NCBI GenBank assembly: GCA_032718475.1
Contig: JAUCBJ010003910.1
Location: 1-38,006 of the forward strand
DNA: 38,006 bases
Origin: Nemertoderma westbladi
Lineage: Eukaryota; Animalia; Xenacoelomorpha
Direction: 5' to 3'
Shown: in pieces, positions 24,411 through 33,349 of the stretch
Layout of the letters: each line of letters begins with the position of its first letter
Numbering within the stretch: the stretch's first letter is position 1
Made by a program: the position numbers and the translations under genes
Notes under the pieces: generated by a model
What the model was told of the DNA's origin: nothing
Databases searched by the model: none
Seen by the model: only the letters and a program-made list of their open reading frames with translations

Positions 24411-26004
24411 CTAGAAAGCCAGCAAGCTGGCTGGAAGGAGCCCGGGGGGGGGGGGGGGGGTCCTAGCCAAGACTATTACAAATGAACTATGTCAGTCAGC
24501 TGTAGGCCTAGTAAGTAGGCCTAAACTAAACAATTGTGTAAACTGTAAGGCGTGAGGCTAGCTGACTTTGTCGATCGTCCCACATAATAAAAAATTAAAC
24601 TTTGCTACCACTAACAAAAATATAATGAAGCAAATAATTTCATTATCAAGCACGTTTACAAGATATAAGATTACCGAATATTTATGAAAAAATGCCCATG
24701 ATGCACAACCAGGACACCGAGCGAGTGATGACCCTGAACCCACCCTAGAACCACCCTATATTACAAATGCAGACTCCATTTCCATACGAATATTTCAACA
24801 CCACCGGCTACTAAGGCAATCAACCAATGCTGCATTATAGAACAAAACTAACAATAGAAAGGGGTAGCTATAGTTACTGAAACTAAAACACAAACAAAGC
24901 GCAAATATCCTAGCTGTTCCACATTAGTGTCAGTAGTTCTAGTAAGATAATAATAGTGATAACAGTTTCATTCAATTTTTTGAATAAATACAAATTATAT
25001 ACGTAGGTAATATATTATAGAGCAAAATGTATAAACAAAAACTCAACTAATATTATGAAAATTTAAGGTCTAAACAATATGAAACAAAATAATACATTAT
25101 CAAAGACAAATTAAATTTTAGCATCACAACAACTATATCCAAGAAATTTAACAAAACCGTAAATCAGTCAAAGTTAAAAGGGGGGACAGTTCCCCCCTTC
25201 AACCCCCCTTTCAATCAGCACCCCGTCCCAAAAGCAAAGCCGCACCCAGATCCAGTCAAGCAGAATAACCTATCGAGATAGATATTATGACAACACACTC
25301 GGTTCTTTTAAATTTGCGTGATTTGAGTTTTATGCTCGCACCACTATTGAGTTTTAAAATATTTGTAAGAAATGTTGAAACTTATCTTATGCCAATGTAG
25401 TAATGGTATTAAAATATAATTAAATTAATTTGCACTATTAATGCTTCAGCTAAAAAATGATACTAATCCTATGTAATAAAAAAAATAAGAATATTATTTT
25501 TAAGAACATTCTACATATATCCTATACAAAATAATCAGCCCAATGATTCGTGGAATAATAATATAATCCTACTGCAGTGGTATAATTTATTTTGTTTATT
25601 GACAACTCAACTATTTTCTGTCTATCCCTGAGAGCTGATAAAGGATGTGTAGACTCATCCAGCAGCCAGCAGCAGGAGGGCTCAACCATTCCTACACAGC
25701 TAGCTGCTGCAGCAGCTCAGGGAGGTCACTTTACCATTGCTTTTAATTTCGCGACAAAATAATTTCAAAAAAACTAAATATATCGAATACCACACATTGA
25801 ATTGATCTGATATTTTGTAACGCGATTATGAACCACCAAAGCAATTTACTTGTAAAATTTCAACAAAATCGCCAGGCAGGAAGTGCCTGAACCTAGATAA
25901 TTATCAGTCAGTCAGTCAGTCAGTGTATATATCCTGAGATTTTTACAGTAATGTATCCCTGAGATTCTTACAGTAAGTATCCCGCCTGTCGAGCGGGCTC
26001 CTAA
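24411..26004 (-). mobile_element. Non-autonomous rolling-circle element (Helentron/DINE-1-like), copy 1
   Basis: Minus strand begins TTAGGAGCCCGC-TCGACAG-GCGGGA (sub-TIR plus adjacent inverted repeat), has an (ACTG)n microsatellite at ~25905-25924, and ends CGGGCTCCTTCC-AGCCAGC-TT-GCTGGCT-TT-CTAG followed by T. Confidence 0.82.
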
Positions 26005-26972
26005 CTAGAAAGCCAGCAAGCTGGCTGGAAGGAGCCCGGGGGAAAAATCCTAGCCAAGACTATTACAAAGAACTATGTCAGTCAGCAGTAATTAAACTAA
26101 AATTGTCTAAACTGCAAGGCGTGAGGCTAGCTGACTTTGTGGCTCGCCCCACATAATAAAAAATGCAACTTAGCTACCACTAACAAAAATATAATATGAA
26201 GCAAATAATTTCATTATCAAGAACGTTTACAAGATATAAGATGCGATTACCGAATATTTATAAAAAATGCCCATGATGCACAACCAGATAAATAACAACG
26301 AATAGAGCCAAATAACAAATTTAGTTTCCTTCTATAGGTATTACCCCGTCGTCAAGCGGAATATCTCTTCCCAGTGAATTCTATGTGAATATGTAATATA
26401 GGTACTCCTTAGGCGGTAGGCCAGAGCGGGCTCCTTAAATACATGCAACTACTGTATTATAGTGTAGGTCAACTATAAAACATTTTGCAATCCACAGTGA
26501 GTATCGACTGCAATAGGACACAACACACTGCTTTGTGTAACTAAAATTCATTCTCCTGATCCACCCCCTAACATAGCAGAGTGAGTAACCTTATTGTAGA
26601 TATACCTTTAGGAAGCACTGGGAGAGCAATCAGCTTATGGGGTAATACATTAGAAACCAACAGCTTATGTGTGAGTAAACATTGCCTTTCCTTATAGCCT
26701 ACTAATAAAACTTGGCAACCAACACGTTTTACTATGACTGTGTATAACATATTAAGCCATATTTCATCATGAACACCAGCTGTTATTTTACCATTGCTTT
26801 TAATTTCGCGACAAAACAATGTCAAAAAACTAAATATATCGAATACCACACATAGAATCGATCTGAAATTTTGTAACGCGATTATGAACCACCAAAGCAA
26901 TGTACTTGCAAAATTTCATCAAAATCGCCAGGCAGGAAGTGCCTTAACCTAGATAAATGTCAGTCAGTCAGT
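26005..26972 (-). mobile_element. Helentron/DINE-1-like element, copy 2 (5' end missing beyond the microsatellite)
   Basis: Starts CTAGAAAGCCAGCAAGCTGGCTGGAAGGAGCCCGGG directly after copy 1. It shares 26005-26285 with copy 1 and ~26385-26972 with copy 3. Confidence 0.8.
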
Positions 26973-26994
26973 ATGTCATTTAACATTTGAGTAA

Positions 26995-28799
26995 GGGGGC
27001 GTTCACTAGAGAGCCAGCAAGCTGGCTGGAAGGAGCCCGGGGGGAAGAATCCTAGCCAATACTAAACTAAACAATTGTCTAAATGGTGTGATGATACATA
27101 GCTGACTTTGTGGCTTGCCCCACATAATAAAAAATGAAACTTTGCTGCCACTAACAACCGAATATTTATAAGAAAATGCCCATGATTCACAACCAGATAA
27201 ATAACAAGTTAGATTTACCAGTACAGGTACGGTTACCTTTCTTTTTGAAAACCATTAGATTTAACAATTAATAGAAGTCTAGGTCGCGGCGAAAAATAAT
27301 AACGCAAATTAAACAACCATACAATCGGCCTACACACTTTTTTATTATTCGAAATAAATTCGCTAACAGAAAATATCTAAACTAATTTATTTATTTACTA
27401 ATTAATCTAAACGAGAAGGTGAACAATTGTTTCTACACAATTAATTATGACGACTTTTATGGGATATGTAATATTTACTGTTCAATAATAATTTACAATC
27501 TCCCATTCCAACACATTCCCAGAGAGTAATAATATCATCAATATAACAAACTAAGTGGATTATAATTCGATTTCTTCAGCCAAGTCCGATAGCTATTTTT
27601 CTGAAATTTATATTGCTAATTTAATTATTTGGCATATTCTGTTTGTGGCGCAGACTATAATAATAATAACATTGTTGACATACAGTCTTTGAACCTTTCA
27701 GTCTTTCTCAGCAGTACTTTGTGGCTCGTCCCACATAATAAAAACTGAAACTTTGCTATGACAACACACCCGGTTCTTTTAAATTTGCGTGATTTGATTT
27801 ATGCTCGCACCACTATTTGTAAGAAATATTAAAACTTATCTTACAGTATGCCAATGTAGTAATGGTATTAAAATATAATTAAATTAATTTACACTATTAA
27901 TGCTTCAGCTAAAAAATCGTTTCAGCTAAAAAATCGTATGTAATAAAAAAAATAAGAATATTTTTAATATGTGTATATGTAATATAGGTATTACTGCTAA
28001 GTTAGGCAGTAGGCCAGAGCGGGCTCCTTAAATACATGCAACTACTGTATTATAGTGTAGGTCAACTATAAAACATTTTGCAATCCACAGTGAGTATCGA
28101 CTGCAATAGGACACAACACACTGCTTGCTTTGTGTAACTAAAATTCATTCTCCTGATCCACCCCCTAACATAGCAGAGTGAGTAACCTTATTGTAGATAT
28201 ACCCTTAGGAAGCACTGGGAGAGCAATCAGCTTATGGGGTAATACATTAGAAACCAACAGCTTATGTGTGAGTAAACATTGCCTTTCCTTATAGCCTACT
28301 AGTAAAACTTGGCAACCAACACGTTTTGTCTATGACTGTGTATAACATATTAAGCCATATTTCATCATGAACACCAGCTGTTATTTTACCATTGCTTTTA
28401 ATTTCGCGACAAAACAATGTCAAAAAACTAAATATATCGAATACCACACATAGAATCGATCTGAAATTTTGTAACGCGATTATGAACCTCAAAAGCAATG
28501 TACTTGCAAAATTTCATCAAAATCGCCAGGCAGGAAGTGCCTTAACCTAGATAATTATCAGTCAGTCACTGTCAGTCAATGTAATGTATCCTGAAGATTC
28601 TTACAGTAAGTATCCCGCTGTCAAGCGGGCTCCTAATGTAATGTATCCTGAAGATTCTTACAGTAAGTATCCCGCTGTCAAGCGGGCTCCTAATAAAGTA
28701 TGTCACGCACTGGGGGGGGGGGGTCGAGCTTGCGTGACATTTTGTGACAGGGGGGGGGGGGTGACTTTTGTGACGGTCACGGGTCACGGCGATGTTCTA
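26995..28799 (+). mobile_element. Left part of a Harbinger-like MITE (family of 1958-2498), split by copy 3 into 26995-27005 and 28694-28799
   Basis: TAA|GGGGGCGTTCA at 26992-27005 rejoins TAAAGTATGTCACGCACTGGGG...GTCGAGCTTGCGTGACATTTTGTGACAGG at 28694, restoring the TIR. Confidence 0.8.
27006..28693 (-). mobile_element. Helentron/DINE-1-like element, copy 3 (complete, with duplicated 57-bp 5' end)
   Basis: Plus strand CTAGAGAGCCAGCAAGCTGGCTGGAAGGAGCCCGG ... CCCGCTGTCAAGCGGGCTCCTAA, inserted between A27005 and T28694 without a TSD. Confidence 0.85.
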
Positions 28800-29067
28800 C
28801 GGTATGCTATAATTCGCATTTCCTCGAAATAGTAAAAGCATTAAAATATGCTTTTACTATTCCTCGAAAATACGTATTATAGAGACGGAGGAATTTAAAA
28901 TTTACAAAATTTTCAAAATTTACTTTCTTTTCGTAAAAGAAATAGTTATTTCTTTTTTATTAGGTCTATTTTTTCGTTGTTTCTTTTATGTTAATTTTCG
29001 CTCCTAATTTATATTTGGCTCGGAAGCTGCTTACCAGCTTACGTGGTTTCTGTCACAGTCCACAGTG

Positions 29068-29271
29068 CTACTACTACTACTAAGTAGAGTAGGGCCCACT
29101 CGGATAGTGGAAATGAGATCCTTCCAGGCTTCCCGATTCTCCATAGTTGTCGCAATTTCGTTTCTTCTAAGTTCAGTATCCCATTCAAGATGATATATGT
29201 TATAGCCTGTCGTCCTCGGGTACGCTTTCCATGTGTTGGTTGCCAGAAAAGTAGATCTGGTATGACCTCAT
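29068..29271 (-). mobile_element. 3' fragment of the same RTE-like LINE family, antisense in the intron
   Basis: (CTA)n tail, then the reverse complement of ~14460-14650 (GTGGAAATGAGATCCTTCCAGGCTTCCCGATTCTCCATAGTTGTCGCAATTTCG). Confidence 0.92.
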
Positions 29272-29466
29272 GTTTACTTCTCTCATTAAAATTTCGTGGT
29301 TATTTTTTGATATTCCCTATATACTCTATTATCAGTATCCTGTAAGGCAAGGTGTGCTCCACACTAATCCACACTTATCCATGCATTCATTCATACATTC
29401 TTTGTTAGTTACCTATATGAATATTGTTACCTCTACTTATCTATATATTCTCTCTGATTGTTTCAG

Positions 29467-31932
29467 GTCTCATGCAGTTGTTCACCGGAAGTCCGCCGCC
29501 ATAAACTCGCCCCGCTGTTCGTGAACCTCATCTGCGACGACTCCAGATGGGTTCGGATGGCGGCGTTCCAGACACTCGGGCCCTTTATATCGACATTCGC
29601 CGACCCGAATAAATCCTGTATGTACATCAACGGGGAGGGATCCTTGTGTTTCCGCGATTCGGGACGCTGCGATTCGGAGCACACCGGAAGTAAAGAGGAT
29701 CACACCGGAAGTCGGGAAGGGCCCATCGGAAGAGAAGAAGAGACGACCGGAAGTGGAGAGGAGACGACCGGAAGTGGAGAGGAGACGCCCGGAAGTCTAA
29801 GGAGTTGCGAACGCACTAGGGACGAAACGACTAACTCGGAAATGCATAGTGCGGAACCGGATGTGGATACTAGAGTCGGAGAGAGTGCGATGCATCCCGT
29901 AGATCCACTATCTGTAGATCCAACAGTTGAAGGTTCGACGATGTACCTAGACGCGCCCCTCAGCCCGGGTAGACGCAGCCCGGATGGCGACCCGTTGTAC
30001 AGACAGGACGCCACCGAGCACTGGGACCCCAACCAACCGGCGGACCGCGTCACCGAGTCCGCAGTTGTCAGCGACGTCCCCGGGGGACTCATCGCTCCCA
30101 GTGACGTCATCGTGGAGATCGTCGATCTGGACGAGAACACGGGGGATGGGGAGGAATCGAGTCTCGATCTGAACGCGTTCACTTCGGTCGCCTTCTGGCA
30201 GCAGCCGGTTGCCGCGTTCGATGCAGACACGCTGACCAGCGAGTTGGAAAGGTTGAATATTGATAATGACGTCACTGGTGACGTAATTTCTAGAGAGTTA
30301 GATGGCGATAGTAAAGAGAGATCGATTGCTACAGAGTCCAGTTCCATGGTAACTGTTGCCGAGGGAACAGGGCTGGATGAGGATGGGGCCGAAGACGAGA
30401 TGATGTGGACGTTGGAATGCGGCGAGAATATGGAGACAATAGGGCGGGCGTTGTATCGGGATGCGGAGCAGGCTAGGGGGGAGCGCTCCGTGCCGAGCTC
30501 GGTGGCATTCGATGGGGAGGTGGCGGTGGGGGGGTCGCAGCGGGGGGAAGGGGGGCAACAGCAGGGGGAAGGGGGGCAACATCGAGGGGAAGGGGGGCAA
30601 CAGCAGGGGGGAGGGGGGCAACAGCAGGGGGAAGGGGGGCAACAGCAGGGGGAAGGTGGACGTCCCCCCATGCCCCTCGAACACGCGCGCGAGACGCCTA
30701 GCAACACCAATACCGACGACGGTTTCCAACTAATGGGTTCCTCTTTGCCGAGCAGCTCGGTGACCGAGGGCATCCCGTTCCACCATCGGGTTGGGAACCC
30801 CCCGCTCCGTTACCTCGTCGACACGGCCCCGTTCCGCGACCTCGGGGACTCCGCCTTCTACCCGGAGCCGGAGTCGGACTCAGACGGCGGACTCCGAGGG
30901 GGGCGTTGCGTCCGGGAGCAGGACGTGGTGCCGCGCGAGCTGTTGGATAACTTCTGCTCCATGGTGGAGCCGTATCGCGCGCAGACCGTGGATCTCGAGA
31001 TCGCCAGGCATTGCGCCTACGCCCTGCCAAGCGTCGCCTTCACTCTCGGGCGCGACAACTGGGACTGTCTACGGGACGTCTACGACGCACTCGCCAGCGA
31101 TATGCAGTGGAAGGTGCGGCGCTCGTTGGCGCACTCGATCCACGAGATGGGCCGCATTCTGGGCGCCTCCATCACCGCTGTCGATCTCGTTCCCATATTC
31201 AACAGCTTCTGTCGGGACCTGGACGAGGTGCGAATCGGTGTGCTGCGTCACTACGCCGACTTCGTGGGACTGCTCGCGCCCTCCGCCCGATTCGATTACC
31301 TCACGAGGGTTAACGACTTCCTCAACACCGATAATTCCCGTAACTGGCGGTTTCGTCAGGAATTAGCGCGGCAGTTGGCGCTTCTCACCGACTTTTATAC
31401 CGAGCGGCAGATCGCCGAGTACATAGCGCCGTTAGCGCTGACGTTAAGCGCCGACAAAGTGGCCGAAGTTCGAGTCCACGCCTTCCGTTTGATCGGCGTC
31501 GTGTTGCGTCGTCTGAACGCCGCCGAGGCTAACAGTTCGCAGTCGCTAGGGGGCGCGCTGGTTGCGTCGTTAGTAACCCGGTACGCGTTGTGCCCCAAGT
31601 GGTTCGGTAGACACACGTTCGCCCTGGTCTGCCAGACCGTGTTGGAGGAGAACTCGAGTCCTCCGACTCAGTTCGCGGATTCTCTCCTTCCGAACCTCGT
31701 CCGATTGGCGACGGATCGGGTCGCCAATGTTCGGCTCGCGGTCGCGCGTACGCTAACGCGCTACGCCGCTAGTCCCGTTTACACGTCGCAACTCCGTGAC
31801 TCGCAACTCGACGGTCTGCATACTACGTTAGACGCCCTCCGGTCCGACTCCGATAAGGACGTCCGCTATTTCTCGACTCCGATCCCCTCTGAGACTGTGA
31901 GTTTCTCTGAACCCAGCGACTGCGAGTGCTAA
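29467..31932 (+). CDS. PPP4R1: PPP4R1 coding exon 2 (821 aa plus stop)
   Basis: DDSRWVRMAAFQTLGPFISTFA, a long acidic low-complexity linker, then EIARHCAYALPSVAFTLGRDNW..LASDMQWKVRRSLAHSIHE..DLDEVRIGVLRH..NSRNWRFR..DRVANVR..DSDKDVRYF, characteristic PPP4R1 C-terminal HEAT repeats. TAA at 31930-31932. Confidence 0.95.
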   Translation, partial: VSCSCSPEVRRHKLAPLFVNLICDDSRWVRMAAFQTLGPFISTFADPNKSCMYINGEGSLCFRDSGRCDSEHTGSKEDHTGSREGPIGREEETTGSGEETTGSGEETPGSLRSCERTRDETTNSEMHSAEPDVDTRVGESAMHPVDPLSVDPTVEGSTMYLDAPLSPGRRSPDGDPLYRQDATEHWDPNQPADRVTESAVVSDVPGGLIAPSDVIVEIVDLDENTGDGEESSLDLNAFTSVAFWQQPVAAFDADTLTSELERLNIDNDVTGDVISRELDGDSKERSIATESSSMVTVAEGTGLDEDGAEDEMMWTLECGENMETIGRALYRDAEQARGERSVPSSVAFDGEVAVGGSQRGEGGQQQGEGGQHRGEGGQQQGGGGQQQGEGGQQQGEGGRPPMPLEHARETPSNTNTDDGFQLMGSSLPSSSVTEGIPFHHRVGNPPLRYLVDTAPFRDLGDSAFYPEPESDSDGGLRGGRCVREQDVVPRELLDNFCSMVEPYRAQTVDLEIARHCAYALPSVAFTLGRDNWDCLRDVYDALASDMQWKVRRSLAHSIHEMGRILGASITAVDLVPIFNSFCRDLDEVRIGVLRHYADFVGLLAPSARFDYLTRVNDFLNTDNSRNWRFRQELARQLALLTDFYTERQIAEYIAPLALTLSADKVAEVRVHAFRLIGVVLRRLNAAEANSSQSLGGALVASLVTRYALCPKWFGRHTFALVCQTVLEENSSPPTQFADSLLPNLVRLATDRVANVRLAVARTLTRYAASPVYTSQLRDSQLDGLHTTLDALRSDSDKDVRYFSTPIPSETVSFSEPSDCEC
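29680..29800 (+). repeat. 21-bp coding repeat (EETTGSG-like)
   Basis: CCGGAAGT core at 29684, 29705, 29747, 29768 and 29789, degenerate at 29726. Confidence 0.8.
30535..30660 (+). repeat. 21-bp G-rich coding repeat (GEGGQQQ x ~6)
   Basis: GGGGAAGGGGGGCAACAGCAG units, visible in the translation. Confidence 0.9.
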
Positions 31933-32272
31933 CCCCATCGAGTTACACATTAATTATGGAATATTAATTTCGCTATAAAATATTTTTCTCTCTAAATTAT
32001 CAGAGTTTAAATTAATTTGTTTCAGTTCATTCCCATAGAGTATGTTTTTTCGCAGTCGGGTATTAATTGTTGATTTATCGGTTGGAATGTACTTAATTAC
32101 AAAGTTTAATTTATTAATCAGCTGTAAAATTTACTAAACTACAATAATTAGTAGCGGATTTTCTCTCGGAGTCAGCGTTTTATTGATCTGATCATAATTT
32201 CATTATGAGGTTATTTTTCGGCTGCAAGAGTTTTTAGTGTATTAATTGTATAATTTGGGTGTTACGACATAA

Positions 32273-32278
32273 AATAAA
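32273..32278 (+). promoter_or_regulatory. Candidate polyadenylation signal of PPP4R1
   Basis: First AATAAA I noticed downstream of the stop (~340 nt). The AT-rich context makes a chance occurrence likely. Confidence 0.25.
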
Positions 32279-33349
32279 CACGTAGAATATACTGAAATCA
32301 AATTCAAACTAATAGTCTGTCAAACTAACTTGTTTTTTTTTAGTAAGATACACAACGTAATTAGGAGTCAACTTTACATTTTATTCTTTAAAAAAAATAA
32401 CCTTTAATGTTTCGAATCAAAATTATTGGATAAATTGCTATTTATTATTGGAAATTTTGTTTGAACATTTTTTTTTTATCACCCCCGGGATATAAAGTTT
32501 CCACATAGAAATACATCTTATTAACTGTATAAAGGTAAACAGATAACAGGAAAAAACAGATAGTAATATTATTACTTTTAAAAAATTTTTAAAATAAAAT
32601 TTGAAAAGTTTTTTATCACTTTTGGTGTTGATTTTTTGGAATCAAAATTATATGTGAATTATATGTCCATTAATCGATGAAGGGCGTTTTTGAGACACTT
32701 TCTCACTATCTACGTTTTAGAATTATAATTATGTCCACAAATCACAAACATGCTGGGCAAAACGAAAATGTTGATAGCATTTCCGTTTTAAAAGCGCCCA
32801 AAAATAAATGAAAATGAAAAATATAACGATTTCCCTGGCAAAATAAGAGCCATATTAACTACGCTTCCTTACTGTTCTTATTTAATAAGTTGAAATTGAG
32901 ATATAACAATAAACTCCACTTCTTAACTCTTGCAATTGAAACACGACCTCACCTAATTATATTGTTACAGTCTTACCGCCTGTGTCTATTATATACTTGC
33001 ATATTCCATTGGTTAGCTTTTACGATTAGCTGACACCTTCCTTACAACAACACTTATAAATAGGCCGAACTTATAACTTCCGATAATTAATTAATCTATG
33101 TGTAATTGTTGATACTTTTTGCCGAAATATGCATCGGGGTTCTTTAATTATAATTAATGTCCCAAAACGAATAACGATAAATTACGTGGCAAATTGCGGC
33201 AAACTATGAGTGACGAAGGTCAATCAATTGGCTGTTGGTTCTCAATGCCATTGATTTCTCAAATTAACTCTCGTTCATTCCCCCCTTCACAACCTTCCTC
33301 CTGTTCCTTTACTAAACTGTTTCGTCGCGCATAGTTTGTTAATTGATAA

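Larger units (their letters stand above)
15814..29466 (+). other. PPP4R1: Single 13,653-bp GT-AG intron of PPP4R1
   Basis: GTGAGT at 15814 and TTCTCTCTGATTGTTTCAG ending at 29466. Splicing gives in-frame SFME|VSCSCSPEVRRHKLAPLFVNLICDDSRWVR, colinear with PPP4R1 with no missing segment. Confidence 0.88.

Noticed and set aside
23125-28831. 24-bp inverted match (23125-23148 vs 28808-28831) as the TIRs of a 5.7-kb element
   Set aside because: No TSD or recognisable terminus. More likely two fragments of a dispersed repeat.
29458-29466. TTG start of an independent 824-aa gene
   Set aside because: These bases are the splice acceptor (TTGTTTCAG). The protein continues from exon 1.
29700-31616. Overlapping antisense and alternative-frame ORFs (357 aa, 191 aa and others)
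   Set aside because: Shadows of GC-rich PPP4R1 coding sequence with no recognisable domains.
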